Below are positions 37,209 through 51,885 of a stretch of 64,000 nt of DNA, piece by piece. Each line of letters opens with the position of its first letter. Within the stretch, counting starts at the first letter, position 1. A model generated the notes under the pieces. It was not told the DNA's origin, ran no database searches, and saw nothing but the letters and a program-made list of their open reading frames with translations. The translations under genes and the position numbers were made by a program. Origin of the DNA: Malacoraja senta (Eukaryota); assembly GCA_038087875.1 (NCBI GenBank), contig CM075988.1:8620001-8684000 (forward strand). The letters run 5' to 3'.

Positions 37209-37871
37209 TGAATCTACATCAATCCTACTTTTCCTCTTGTATATCTATTAACCTCACTCTCTCTATCTGAGTCTCCTGCCATCCAACCATACCAGAGGAT
37301 ACTTACAGCAACCAATTAAGCTGCCAAACTCTATAAACTTTAGAAGAATGGGATGTGATCACATTGAAACTTAAATATTCACACAGGGCTTGACATTGAT
37401 GCAGGGATGACATTCCCTGGTTGGTGCTTCTGCAACCATGGATCACAGGTTCAAAATAAGGGGCTCAGACATTTAGGACTGAATTAAGAACATTTCTTCC
37501 TCAGAAGAGCAGTGAATCAGAGAGGGCTGTGGAGACTGTCATTTGGGTACATAAGAGACAGAAATGACAAGATTTTAGATATTGCGGAAATTAAGGGAAT
37601 AAAAAGTTGGGAAAAGCACAGAGACAGACACTGGGATTGTTGTAGACCATAATAGACCATTAAGAAAATAAGAGACAGTGCACAGTGAGTTCCAGTGACC
37701 CTTGTTCAACCCTGGCCTCTGCTGCTGCCTGTATGGAGTTTGCATGTTCTCCCTGTTTTCTTCTTTGTTTCTTCCTGTTTCTTCCTGTTTTTTTCCTGTT
37801 TCTTCCTGGTTTCTTCCTGGCGATCAGTTCACATCCACATCCTAAATACAGGTGGGTTGCGACATTGTAAT

Positions 37872-38108
37872 AAGAAGGAACTGCAAATGCTCATCTATAT
37901 CAAAAATAGACACAAAGTGCTGGAGTAACTCAGTGGGTCAGGCAGCATCTCTGAAGAAAAAGGATGAGTGACATTTTGGATCAGGACCCTTCATCAGACA
38001 GGAAGACCAGAAGTCTTAAGAAAGGTCGTAACCCAAAACATCACCTACCTATTTTCTCCAGAGATACTGCTTGACCCGCTGAGTTCCTCCAGCACTTTGT
38101 GTCTATCT
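37872..38108. mobile_element. Penelope pLTR inverted dimer
   Basis: Mirror arms agacacaaagtgctggag / ctccagcactttgtgtct. Confidence 0.75.
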
Positions 38109-39914
38109 TGGGTTGTTACATTAACTGGACACTGTGAATTGTCTCTTATATCTAGGTTGGTGGTAACATTTCTGGAGGGTTGTACTGAAAATAAAATGAT
38201 TAATGGATGTTTGAAGGCCTGTGGGGATTCAATGAGCTGATTGGCCTTTTTTGTGTTATTTGGCGCTATGACATGGAGTTAGTGCAGGAGAATGGAACTA
38301 CTGTCTACACAGAAAATTGGGGTGGGGGGTTAAATATTCTATCCTCATGTCTATACCGAAGTATAACATGATATGAATGGTTAATAATTGTCTTGTCATT
38401 TCTTCAAGATGAAATCTTATCATCTCTGTCTCCAATATACCCAGTAAAAGAGATTTGGAATAACTCACTCGTGTAGGTCAAGAGTGTTTAACTGTCATAC
38501 GTACTGAAACAGAACAATGAAATTCTGACTTGCAGCAGCGTAACAGGCTTGTAAACACAGTATTCAATAGAGAACATAATAAACAAACAAAAAAATATAT
38601 ATATATATTAGCGGAAAAACAAAAGTCCGATGTCCCTAGTGCAACCAAGTGTGAGTGTGACATTGTCCCTATGTAGAGCTTTGACAATGTACATGATCCC
38701 ATAATCCAGTGGCATTCATAAGGTTAAAGTCAACTGAAATGAAAACCTGAAATCCGGTCAAATTTACTTGGGCAGTGGATTGCTGTCCAGCTGATCCCAC
38801 AACCCCCTGGAGTATGCCCATCGATCAAGGTCGCATCCCTTAGTTTAGTCTCAGTAGGCCATTGTGGTGTCTACCCTGCAAATACATCTGCGGCTCCGCA
38901 TAGCTCGGCATCATTAATCAAACCAGTGCAGCAACCAGCCTTAGAGAAAGCACATTATCACCTCTGTTTTCTGTCTGTTTTAATTATACTCTCAGTGGGA
39001 AGCCAATGCAAACACACACACACACTGCCACCTCATTGTCTTCAGCTCATCATGGGACCTCAGTGGCTCGAGGCCATAACCTGGTCAAAATGATAGAGAT
39101 ATCTTATGCCCTTTTAAAGAGCCCGGTTGACAACTCCATGTTGTTTTGTCACGGTTATATATTATGATCCGGACCAAGCTAGAATATACAGTTTTTAGCA
39201 AAAAAAATTACCTTCTGCATTTGAATAGAGGTTTATTGGGTATAAATTGCCTTTCAATCTCAATAAAAGCTTTGACAATGAAGACAGATCTTTGGAATGT
39301 GAAAAACATCAAAATGAACAGAAGAGAGAATCCCAATTCCATTTTCTCGTGGAAATTCAAACTAAAATAAAAATACATAAATAAGAAATATATCACTGTC
39401 AAAGTCTCTCAAAGCACTTGACACAGTGAATTGCCTTCACAGCCGAATCTGTAAACATAGCGCCAATGTGCCAGCAATCCCTAACAAACAGAAATCCAAC
39501 AAGCAACCAATCTGGCACAGTCCAATGTTCTTGGCACAGGGCATGTCCTTATTTACCGAAGTAGTCAGTCCAAATGGCTCCATGATGGACCATTTGTGGT
39601 TATTATCTTGTTTACACTGAAACTCAGTGCTGAAATCTGGGCACTGTGTTCAAGTAGGAACACTTAAACACACTTGAGATGGGGCTCTGGGTCATTTTAA
39701 GCCAGGCAGTCGGGTGGAAATGTGCTGAGAAGTGACGCAGAAGATAGAGAGCCTGATGGCTTGACTATTAGCTCGAGAATAACTCTAGCTGACTTCAGAG
39801 AAGTGTGGGTGTTAAAATAGCACACAAACTGATTCCATTGGCTTCCAACCCATGAGTTAGTAAAAATCCCTCTCAATAGGCCAATATGGAATGGCACCTC
39901 TAGTGTAGAAGAAA

Positions 39915-40185
39915 ATAGACACAAAATGCTGGAGTAACTCAGTGGGTCAGGCAGCATCTCTGGGGAAACGAAATGGGTGATGTTTAGTGTCAGAACCCTT
40001 TTTCAGACTGAAAGATAGAGAAGGATGATCTCCTCATTCTGCAATAGACTTCACTGGAGGTCAAGAACCCACTGAAATGGAGGTGACTGATCAGTCTGAA
40101 GAAGGGTCCCGACCCAAATCGTCCTCCATCCATCCGCCCTGCAGATACAACCTGATCCGCTGAGTTCCTCCAGTGCTTTGTGTTT
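39915..40185. mobile_element. Penelope pLTR inverted dimer with spacer
   Basis: ttcagactga..tcagtctgaagaaggg mirror arms. Confidence 0.7.
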
Positions 40186-40388
40186 TGGCAATTCAATTTC
40201 ACTCATTACCCCAATGATTCCTTTCCCAATTCACACTTCACCCTAACTTCATAAGGACTTGATGGTAAAACGATCATTAAATGCAAGTTTCGTTGTTTTG
40301 TCCCATCAGAATCACAAGGAATATTCACCATTCATTTGGGTAGGTGCTGGTATAACATTACTTGGTTGTTGGATGTAACCTGGTGACT

Positions 40389-40700
40389 GGGGCGGCACAG
40401 CGATCGAGTCATTGCCTTACAGCGCTAGAGACCCAGGTTTGATCCTGACTATGGTTGCTCTCTGTACAGAGTTTGTATGTTCTCCCCGTGACTGCGTGGG
40501 CTTTCTCCAGGTAGTCCAGTTTCCGCCCACACTCCAAAGATACACAGATTTGTAGGTTAATTGGCTTTGGTAAAGATTGTAAATTGTCCCCAGTGTGTAG
40601 GATAATGCTATGGGGGTCACTGGTTGGCGCGGACTCGGTGGCCAAAGGGCCTGTTTCCACACTGTATCTCTAAACTAAACTAAACTGAACTACACTACAC
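40389..40700 (+). mobile_element. HE1-like V-SINE, near full length
   Basis: ggggcggcacagc head, ggtttgatcc B-box, V-domain, (CTAAA)n tail. Confidence 0.9.
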
Positions 40701-43700
40701 TGCTCTAACACAGCATTTCATACTTTAGTGTCTTCATACACAGGGTTAATTAAGAAGACTTGGTTTTTTACGATCAACACCATCCTGGACCCCTTTGGTG
40801 ATGTGCGGACACTTGATCTCCTCCACTGCCCTGTCTCTGGACTGACAACATCAGTTTTCCTCAACAATTGTTTCCAGTAGACATGATGTAAATCCTGCCT
40901 GTGGTAAATGTCACTGGCTTCATTAAGAACTATCAGTTGAGACCGCACACTTGCACTGCATCTCCTGAGCATTTTCCCAGATGGAAGCTTTAAACTACTT
41001 CTCAATCAGCCAGGCATATTTCTTCAATTATTTAATAAAGTAATCCCAAGGTTATTCTTTATTTCTATTTCTGTTTAACGCTCACTGGCCATACTTGGGT
41101 AGCTTGCATAAGTGACCATTCTCCACATGTGGGCTTGGACAATGATCATTAATCTTTCATGGGATCTAGCCCATGGAGCTTAACCTTGTCCTTACCTGTG
41201 TAAATGTTACAGCAGTGCCTGCTGTTTCTCATCATTTGTTCTTTCCATGCAGTTGACATTTCTATGGCTGTATGTGTTGCTCATCCCTGGTAGCTTTTAG
41301 AAGGTGATGTTTGGCATCTTTAACGGGGAATGCTATTTGGCAGGCTCAGACAGTCACAAAGTTTGGGTAAAGTGTGATTCATAAACAGTGCTAGTAATGA
41401 AGATGGTCACAATAAAACTGGAGTAACTCAGAGGGTCAGGCTGCATCTCTGGAGAAAAGGAATAGGTGATGTTTCCGGTTGAGACCCTTCTTCAGACTTG
41501 ACCGGTGGTGCTGGTAATGAGTTGTACTGAGCTGGTGGTGGCCATCATTCCAAATAGAACCAATTGTGTACAGCCTTGCACGAAAAGCACATCCAGAACT
41601 TACCAGGTCCCTTTGCAAGAAAGGAACTGACTAGCAGATGTTCTGCTGCTGGACTGTACATGGAACAAGAATGACATCTGACCACACTGGAATTCCCCAG
41701 CAGAAGTAGAGTATTAGCTTAGGTGATCCAACACCAGTCAGCTCTGGTGTGGGACCGGAACCCACATTCATTAGAATCAAGACCTCAGACCAGTGGTGTT
41801 CCCATTACAATCATGGGAAGATGTTGCAATCCGTCCTATAGTTTGTATGGTGTATCAGGCTGAGGAGATGAGAGTCCAGTCTAGTGAAAGGGCCTGTGTA
41901 TGAAATTGAGGCAACCATTTTCATACACAGCTAAGTCCTACGAAGACCCGCTGAGTTACAAAGTAAAATGAGAAGACCGTGAGAAGAACAATTCTTGAGT
42001 ATCAAACTTTCACCACGTAATGAGGAACACTCGCTTGTTCTTTGATAAGGACCATGGAATAGATCCGTAGTTTGAAGAAAAAACAGCTCAAATTACTTAA
42101 CTCGGTGGGTCAGGCAGCATCTCTGGAGGACATGGATAAGTGACAAATCAGGTTGGGTTCCTTCTTCAGAATGATTGTTTGGAGAGTGGCGGTAGCGTGG
42201 GGTGGGGGGGGGGGGGTGGAGGGGGGGAGGAGAAAAGTTTGAAGGGAGGAAGGGCAGGACAAAACCTGGCAGTTAATAGATGTAAGGTAGACACAAAATG
42301 CTGGAGTAACTCAGCGGGACAGGCAGCATCTCTGGAATGAAGGAATGGGTGACATTTCGGGTCGAGAACCTTCTTCAGTCGCCGCTGCCGCCTGTTAATA
42401 TATGGATACAGGTGAGGGGAGTTTTTGATTGGCAGATAGTTGCACAAAGGCCAGAGATGAAAAGATAGAAGATGTGAATAGAGGTGGTGTAAGGACTTAT
42501 TTGCATAAGGGTGATTCCTGTGAGAATGCCTCTCACCAAAAGTGCAGCCTTACATTACACACCACAAAGTGAGTCTGAATCAGAGGGTATCAGAGAAATA
42601 TTACAACTGAACCATTATCGTGACAAAATTAATCAGTTTACAGTTTAGTATCTCCAACTTTAACACAGTGAAATTTAGTTTTAAGAACGTTGAATCATTT
42701 TACGTGACAGATACCTGCTGCATCTAAGTGCCGTAAAAATAACAATTTTGAATCACATCACGTTGTCAAGATTTTCCATTTAAGTACATGACCCATATCC
42801 TGAAATATTTCAAAGATCCAGTAACAAAAGAAGTCATTCCCAGGTTCACTAATCTAGCGGAATCACTGATTATAAAGTGTTAATGGTAGCTGGGGCTATA
42901 AATTGCATTAATTTCCTATACACCATCAAAAATGATTTTGTTTTCAATCACAAAATGTATAATACTGCTGAGTAATAATTCTTGTCCTCGACTATTTTTT
43001 CACAGATGGCAGCATGTGTTCCTGCTGATTGAATCATGAGAAGCTATTGAGTTAACAACTTTTTACCAATTATTTCAATTGTTTAATGGAGCATTTAGTA
43101 ACTGGGTTTTAAGTTTGGTTGGGAATCTGCCAAATAAGGATATTATGTAAATAGGAAATGCTTGCTGACTTCCAAATATTTCTGAAGTTCTGATATTCAG
43201 CCAGAATTAGTGATCTGTAACATTTGGTTAACATTTATCCAAACAATAGTTAAACCGTAAAAGGCCAAAAGTTCAATAAAATACTGCAGCCTAAAGACTC
43301 AGTGTGGGTTATTTTGAGTTTGGTGATAAGTGGAAAAAGAACAACATCATTTTAGTTGACGTACACATTTCCCTAATTTGAAGTCAATGAAAATGGAAAT
43401 CAGTGGATGGATAATAGAGACTGATCACTCCTTTTAACACAATTATAGAAAGTACTGTAAGATTACTACCATTACTTTATAAAGAGATTTCTTAGAACAG
43501 CTAATTACGCACAATTCTCACTATGTTAATATTTTCATTTTGTATTTAGCTTTCCTAAATTCACATGGTTTTAATAGTTTTACATTTCAATAATTTAATT
43601 TTAAAATATACTATTAATTAGAGAAGGTATTTAATTAATTTAGCTTGTGCAAAAGCAGATATGTTTAACTGTTCACTAAGTTAAAGGGGACAGGACCAGT

Positions 43701-43834
43701 GCAAAAGAAATACCTTACTTAGGAGTTGCGAATAATGTAATGTGTGGTTTGCCACAGAATGGGTAACTGTTTATCCAGCGAGTCACTTAATACGATAAGA
43801 ACAAATCACTGAAGAAAGATCCAGCTTCTGGTTG

Positions 43835-44212
43835 TGTAGGATGGAACTGCAGATGCTGGTTTACACAAAGATAGACACAAAATGCTGGAGTATCTTAGCT
43901 GGTCAGGTAGCATCTCTGGAGAAAAGAGGCGACGCTTCGGGTCGAGACCCTTCTTCAGTGAATGTCAGGGGAGAGGGAAACTAGAGGCATGATAATGATC
44001 ACCTCTTCCACGGCCAACATTCGACCACTGTGGACTCCACCTTTCTTGAGTTGTCGGTACCAGCTGTGATTTATTCTGTATCTTTTCATACCTTTTGCTT
44101 CTCTCTCCCCTGTCTCTCTCAGTCTGAAGAAGGGTCTCAACGCGAAACATCACCTATTCCTTTTCTCCAGAGATGCTGCCTGACCCGCTGAGTTATTGCA
44201 GCATTTTGTGTT
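43835..44212. mobile_element. Penelope pLTR inverted dimer
   Basis: Hammerhead-like cores on both arms (about 43930-43958 minus, 44122-44153 plus). Confidence 0.8.
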
Positions 44213-44589
44213 CAGCTTCTTTTCTGGTTTGGAGGAAACAAGGTCTACAAATAAAGTTACAGTGAAACTATGTCAAATGGAACCATTCTAAACACAAGAT
44301 GAACACCACTCTACTGCTGTGATGAAAACTTGTAGGTTTGAGTGAGAGCTTATACGTGAACAGTGAGTTACTAAAATACTCAGATTAGGAATTTGGAGTT
44401 CATTTTCTCCACTGTGTTCTATTAGGTAATATCAAGTTGATGTACTATTAGACCACCAGTGCTCTGAATGTTTCCCAATGATGCTGTTAGAAAAAAAGTT
44501 GTGTGTTTATCGGATAGTAGCGCAGCTGGTCGAGAGGCCAGAGACTCCGGTTCAATCCTGACCTTGGGTGCTGTCTGTGTGGAATTTAA

Positions 44590-45005
44590 TTTAGCTGAGT
44601 TTAGTTTAATGTCACATGTACCGAGGTGCAGTGAATAACTTTTTTGTTGCATGCTGTCCAGTCAGCGGAAAGATGATTACAATCAGGCCATCCACAGAGT
44701 ACAGATACAATATAAAAGGAATAACGGTATTCATAAGTCTGAGGGTAACGTTTAATGCAAGGTAAAGTCCAATTAAAGACAGTCCAGTAGATGGTAGCTA
44801 AGGACTGCTTTCTAGTTGGTGATAGGTTGGTTCAGTTGCCTGATAACAGCTGAGAAGAAACTGTCCCCAAATCTGGAGGTGTGTGTTTTCACACTTCTAT
44901 ACCTCTTGCCTGATGGAAGAGGGAGTGACCGGGGTGAAACTCATCCTTGTTTATGCTGGTGGTGTTACCGAGGCAACGTGAAGTGTAGATGGAGTAAATG
45001 GAAGA
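44590..45005 (-). mobile_element. Rex1/Babar-like 3' end
   Basis: Same family as 7113-7390; follows a SINE head at 44515-44585. Confidence 0.7.
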
Positions 45006-45744
45006 TTGCACGTTGCCCCGTTGCTGTCATTATCAGAACTCAAATGTAAAGAAAAGTGATAAATGCAGGATCAGCAGGCATCTTCAAAAACATGGAATCC
45101 CTGTAAAGGATCAATGCCTTCAGAGAGATATTTAGCCCGAAAAAAATGCATGATCCAGTTTCAGCCACTGCTGTTATCAGTGTAAGTGCAATGATTGACA
45201 GCCAAGGGATAGAGTTAAACTAAAACACAGCGGTTTAGAAAACCATTCCCTTGAATGCTAATCCTGCAGTCCAGCTCTCGCTTTTAAAATTACTGTATCA
45301 TTTGTCTAATAAGTAGCCAGGATTGAACTATTAAACAGGCTCAGGGAGATTCACAGAGGCAGAGATGTGGGAACATTAGGAGTGCAGCATTTAGCACCTT
45401 GTGCCTGGTCTGACACTCAGTAAGTACATGTCTGATCTGCACCTCTGCTCCATTCACCTGCCACAGTGCTATCCTTTGATACCTTTCCTCAGACAAAAAT
45501 CCATCTTTGAAAACCCTCATTAATTCAGCATCCAGAAGAAGCGAATTCCAGATTCCTTTATCTCGTGTTGACATTGGTCTCTGATTCCCTGTCTAATTGG
45601 CTTTGCTCATTATGTATGATGTCCCCTTATTCTTGATCCTACTACCTCAAGGAACGGTTTTGCTGGCTTCATCAAAGAGAATTTATTTAACATTATAAGC
45701 ATCTCAATCTGTCCAGAAATGTTTATTTTTCTTCTGCCCTGCAA

Positions 45745-46070
45745 ACTTTTCATACCTCTAGTTTCCCTTCCCCCCGACTCTGTCTGAGGAAGGAATTTGA
45801 CCCGAAATGTCACCTATTCCTTTTCACCAGAGATGCTGCCTGACCCGCTGAGTCACTCCAGCTTTTTGTGTCCATCTTCAGTGTAAACCAACATCTGCAG
45901 CTCCTTCCTACACAGTCAGTTTGTCAACTCTGTGAGCCATTGTAGAGGAAGGAAGAAAAGGAATAGATGATGTTTCGGGTCTTCAGATCTTGACCCGAAA
46001 CGTCACCTATTCCTTCTCTCCAGAGATGCTGCCTGTCCTGCCATTACGCCAGAATTTTGTGCCTATCTTA
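45745..46070. mobile_element. Penelope pLTR cluster
   Basis: gacccgaaatgtcacc..ccagagatgctgcc, repeated. Confidence 0.7.
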
Positions 46071-47083
46071 GCCATGATAGCCATTATAGGTATTCCACCT
46101 TCAGCTGACACGCAGAGGCAAGGACACATGACATCGTTTTTTTGTGCCTGAGCAGGAAGGTCCCTGGACTGATTGTCAGACTCTGCACCAGTCGAGCACT
46201 GAGCCCAGGATGTTCTGGGTTGTTCAGTTTGGCAGCACTTAATAAATCTACACAGTGGGTTGTCTGGGCTGCTCGAGTGATTAATTTGTTGGTACAATGA
46301 AAACAATCCAACTCCGAGAATTTGTTCCCTTTAGATGGACCTCCAAGCTCACTGCATACAGATCTCACACTGCTTTACAAGAGGTCAGTGCAAGTGCACA
46401 AAGCAGCCGACATGGGCAATATTAGAATAAACAACTTTTTAATGCAATGCCCAGAAGGCTGCCAATAGCCTCTCTAAGCCATAAACGACAGAGAATTGTG
46501 CAAGTCATTCATCCAAATTAAGGTTTTTGTTAACAATCAGTGGTCATTATCCACAAGATTGATGCAGGACTAATCAAACCTTTTAATGGACACCAGGCTC
46601 GTGCTGTTGGGCACTGAATTTAACGGATTACCATGTCAATGGATATTTCATATCCTTTCCTGTAACTGCTAAATAAATTGCTGTCATTTTTTTGGCAGAT
46701 TTATAATGCTCTTATTCACAAACCTAATGTGCAGTGCTCCACCTGCCTTGGTCAACATCGTGCCCAGATTTCCTTCATGATTTTATTTTTCATCTTTTCC
46801 ACAGTGCAGCCAGGGTTAATAGTTGTGCGGCAGGCAGATAGATGTATGTTGGATGCAACTTAATGAGCGAATGTTGATCTTTCCCCTTCCCTCGGCTCTG
46901 AGGATGTGACATGTATAGCTCCTCAACACCAACAATGAATGTACAAAAGTAATTGAATTTGTGCAGCATCTTCCAGAACCCCAGAATGGGTGGTCTATCG
47001 TCAGAGCTTACTTAGTTGGCCAAAGGGCCAATTTCCATGCTGTACAACACCATAACATTACTGGCACACACCAGTTACGGTAA

Positions 47084-47372
47084 CACGGTGGTGCAGTAGG
47101 TGACTTGCTGGCTCACAGCGGCAGAGACGAGGGTTCGATCCTGACTACGGCTGCTTGTCTGTATGGAGTTTGTCTGTTCTCCCTGTGACCAGAGTGAGTT
47201 TTCTTCGGGAGCTCTGGTTTCTTCCGACATTCCAAAGATATATAGGTTTGTAGGTTAACTGGCTTGGTATAATTGGAAATTGTCGATAGTGTTAGTGTGC
47301 AAGGATTGCTGGTCAGCACGGACTCGGTGGGCCGAAGGGCCTGTTTCCACGCTGTATCTTTAAACAAAACAA
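47084..47372 (+). mobile_element. HE1-like V-SINE
   Basis: A-box-like tggtgcagtagg, B-box GGTTCGATCC, CR1-type tail. Confidence 0.85.
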
Positions 47373-47399
47373 GTTATGTACCAGAGAGCTGCCAGAAAT

Positions 47400-47880
47400 C
47401 AAGAGAGTTTAATTATCATATGTACCAAAACAAAATAATGAAATTCTGACCTGCAGTAGCAAAACAGGTTCGTAAATACATAACTCAACAGATAACTCAA
47501 TAAAGTTTAATAAATATAAAACTCCAATATAGTTCAAAACAAAATAAACGTCCTAAGTCCTTCGTGCAACCAAGGCAGTTCATAGTTCTAAGGTTAGTTG
47601 ATATCCATAGTGTTCAATAGCCTGGTGATTGTTGGGAAGAAGCTGTTCCTAAACCTGGAGTCATAGTTCACAGACTATTGTACCTTCTTCCTGATGGTGA
47701 GAACGAAATGAGCGTGTGACCTGGGTTGTGTAGGTCCTTGATGATGCTGGCTGCCTTTTGAGGCAATGCCTCCTATCGATCCCTTCGATGGTGGGGAGGT
47801 CAGTACTTGTGTTGGACCGGGCAGTATCTACACAATCTCCTTCATTCATGGGCATTATAGTTGTCGAACCAGGCAGTGAA
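47400..47880 (-). mobile_element. Rex1/Babar LINE 3' part
   Basis: ORF 47661..47930 includes TDLPTIEGIDRRHCLK. Confidence 0.8.
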
Positions 47881-50800
47881 CACTGTAGTACCATTTTATA
47901 AGATTGGACTGGATTGGAAAATAAATGCATCTGTGTTTTGCCTTTTATATTTACTGTAAAAAATGATCACAGTTAAAAATACTCTTGTAAAATGGATTGT
48001 GTTGATTTTATAAATATTCTTAAGTGGTGCTCTCACTACTTTGAGCCAAGATTGAAATATTACTAAGATCCACTTCAGGGTTAAAGGTTGGTCAGCCCCA
48101 GTGACATCTTTCTCTCACCCTTGAACTGACAACCATTCTGTTTGTCGTTAGTAAAAGATCAGCTGTTTTGATATTACACATTCTCTCATTAAGATGCATC
48201 CATTACACATCTCACTAATGAGTAACTGTGTAGTGTAAAGGCCGTTAAGCAGTATACGTGTCCACGTGTGTGTGTGTGATATTGGATGATAGAGAATTAC
48301 TCCACCGTCTCCTGCCTTTCCAGCACCTGATCATTTGTGACTCTGGGGAGGTAGACTCAAGGTGCAGTGTTGCCTTCTGGGATAGGCCTCAGCTGGGCCT
48401 AGGCTTGGTAAGGAGGCCCACAGAGAGCACCTGGCAGCAGATATCTCCTTGATAGATGGATCACTGTAAAAAATCCGATCGCTTTGGTCATTGCTCCAGT
48501 CTCCAGCATGGGAATTGCCTCCCTCTGGGGAGAAAACGAGACACTGTTTACCCAATCAAAGTGTTTCTAACTGCTCCTGAGAGGATAATGGTTTTGGACT
48601 CGGGCCAAAGAAGATGAAAGTGTGTGTAAACTCTCTCAGCTGTCACCGACAGGAGGAATTAGAGGCACTCCATGAATTTCTATGGACATGGAAAAGCAAT
48701 GAACAAAGATTCTAGCTTGGACCTCAACATTCCTTCTTTCAAGATGATCGGTCCAGCAGACAATTTTTTAACCCTTTCCCAGTCCCTTGTGTTTACTAAA
48801 AGAACAGATTTTCTGTAGCAGAATATACCAGCTGCTGCAGAGCTATCAGTGAAGTTTGATTTCCTTATTGGGCCATTGAAGTTCAGCATGACTATAATAA
48901 CCGAAGTGTTGTGATATGACAAATATCAATTAGTGCTCTGGCAACTTTGGCCATCTGTCTTGGCTAAAGCAACGAACGGCATCTTGATGACAAAACCTTT
49001 ATCAGCACATTGTATTAAAAAAAACTACAAGATAAACATGACTGCCAAGAACTTGCACAAAAAAAGTAGAAATCTCTTAAATATTTAAATCCATTGTTAA
49101 TTCACTGGTCACAATTTAAAAAAAATTAATATGGATAGGATAGCTTTAGGGGGAAGATAGGCACAAAATGCTGGAATAACTCAGCGGGTCAGGCAGCATC
49201 TCTGAATAGTCGCTGAGATTGTCTATGTTCTGATATAGGCAGGAATCTTTCTGAGGGATTTGATGAGGGTTTCAGCAGAGGTTGACATGACCCTAATTGA
49301 TGAGGGACAGGGGCGGGCATTTTGAAGGTGGGCTTGAAGATCGTGAAAGTACACAAAGTGTTGGAGTAACTCAGTGGGTCAGTCAGCTGGAGAACATGGA
49401 TAGGCGATAAAAAGAGGGGAGGGGGGGGATTGTGAATTTTGAAGGCATGATACCACTTGCTGAAGAGAATAAGAGAATCATTTATAATAGGAGATCACAA
49501 AAGCACCAGGCGTGGAACATAGAACAGTACAACACCGGAACAGGCCCTTTGGTCCACAATGGCATTAATTTCAGTCTGAAGAAGGGTCTCGCTCCAAAAT
49601 GACACCCATTCCCTCTCTCCAAAGATGCTGCCTGTCCCACTGAGTTACTCCAGCATTTTGTGTCTACGATGTCTAACACAAACATACTGTAAGTTACAAG
49701 TAAACAACAGACTGCCATTAAAACATACACACTTTCTTGTCAACATTTAGATCAATTAATTATCGCAAATTTCCCAGCACTTTCACCTCAAAGAACATAG
49801 AACATAGTGCAGCACAGGGAAGGGCCCTTCAGCCTAAAATACCAAGATAAAGTAATCTCATCTGCTGCTCAAATACACATATAAGATCCATACACCTCCA
49901 TTCCCAGCATATCCATGTGGCTGTCTAAAAGCCTTAAATGCCACAATCCTCCTCCACCCCTGGCAACACATTGCAAGCACCCACCACTTTCTGTGTAACG
50001 TGATGAAAGGCAAAGTAAAACCAGAAAAGACTGGAAACACTGATCAGATCAGGCAGCATAACTCTGTTTCCTCTTTCCAGAGATGCTGCCTGACCTGCTG
50101 GGTGTTTCCAGAATCTTCAAGTGCCATGGAAGAGATAGATTTGGTGAGTTGTTTGTTGTGCGGCACGTCTGAAGAAGGGTCTCAATCGGAAACATCACCC
50201 ATTCCTTCTCTCCAAAGATGCAGCCTGTCCTACTGAGTTCCTCCAGCATTTTGTGTCTATCTTTGGTGTAATCCAGCATCTGCAGTTCCTTCCTACACAC
50301 TGCCCATTATTTCTGGATGTGCAGTCAAGATGGCCGACCTTCTTCGACAGCTGTTTGTTTTTATTTCTAATTGCTCATAATCATTAGCTGAAAGGGAAAG
50401 AAACAGAACTGCAAAAAAAGCAGCGCAACTGCCAAATCTCCACAGACAAGCAGACCAGACACACACATACCAAATGTGAAAAAGTGACAGCTGTTCTAAC
50501 AAAACAGCACAACAGACAGATGATTCTGCCCAGTGTGATCTCTATAGCCTCCAAGTGCAGCAGATGACTGGCATCATTTATTGGTGTCTGAATGCATTCA
50601 GTCTCCAACCTGTTGCAATCTCCACCAGTCACCTCGTTACATCGAAATCAGCTTCAAACCCATTTTTCAGCTGCGATTTTTGTCCTTTGCAGCTCAGTTT
50701 CTGGAGTAAAACAACACGTGTCCCTCACAGAACACATCCTGCTCAAAAAGTAGCAAGAAACAAATACCACAGATGCTGAAAGTGAATAAAAAGCATGTAC

Positions 50801-51479
50801 CAAACTGGTTTACGGACAAAAGAAGTCAGGCAACTGTGGGGATGGGGTGGGGCGGGGAGGATTTGTAAATTTGTAAGCGCCCTTTATGGGCGACTATTTG
50901 CATACCGTGGCAAAGTATGCAAGCAAAGAATGTTACTGTGGCTTGTCACATGTGACAATAAAGTATTCAATTTAATATCTGTCACACAAATCATTTCTCC
51001 TGCAGAGATGATGCTTGGAGCATTTCTGGTTTTGTGTTTCCCGGTTTCTCATTAAGTATTTTGGCTCTGTAGATAAGTGGACAAATTCTTCTCATTTTAA
51101 CTTGCAGTGCTGTGTCAGGACTGAGAACTCTCGGTCAAAGGACATTTTATAATCAAACATAAATGGCTGCACTTGATTGGTAAGGGTGGTTTTCAATTTG
51201 TTCGTTCTTGTGATTTAATCCTGGAAACATCAGTTCTTTCCTGACTGCATTGCCAAACCCCAGCTTCGGATCTCCTTTTTGGGTTTGGGCTAGAGTACTT
51301 CAGATTATTGATTAATCCAGTTCAATAACACAGTGAAGTGGAGACGATTGATTGATTACCGCATCTGGGGGTTGCAGTCCCTAATTTATGGCCTAGGCTC
51401 AGTTGATACTTAATGGTTGAGTTGGCTCCCTCATAGGTGCTCTGATGAATGCAAGAAATAAAATTATATCACACACACC

Positions 51480-51640
51480 AAAATGTATAAAAATGGCCTT
51501 TATTAAAATCTGACAATGTGCACTTTAACCACACGTGATTGTTTTCTATTACAAATCTCAAATTGTGGAGTACAGGGGCAAATTAATAAATGATGGGTCT
51601 TTGTCCCAAACATTATGGGGTCTTTGTCCCAAACATTATG
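51480..51640 (+). mobile_element. Tc1-like right-end fragment
   Basis: aataaatgatgggtctttgtcccaaacattatgg matches a Tc1-type TIR; 23-bp tandem duplication. Confidence 0.6.
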
Positions 51641-51651
51641 TATACACACAC

Positions 51652-51885
51652 ACAAGCATTCCCTGACTTACATAATCAATGATTTATGTAAACTTGCACT
51701 TAGGTAAGCAATTCTATAAGCCCACTGACACCCACGTGGTCTCTGCCTTAGAGCTCCCACATGGTCTCAACATTGAACACTAAATTTACGTATTCAAAGT
51801 ACTGTAGCACTCACTTTTTGACTTACGTAACATCCAACCCACAAGGGTCCATGGGACGTAACGTACGTAGGTCGGGGAGCATCTA
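51652..51885. mobile_element. Old Tigger/pogo-like MITE
   Basis: Diverged TIRs caagcattccctgacttacata / tacgtaggtcggggagcatcta; all mismatches are transitions. Confidence 0.45.
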
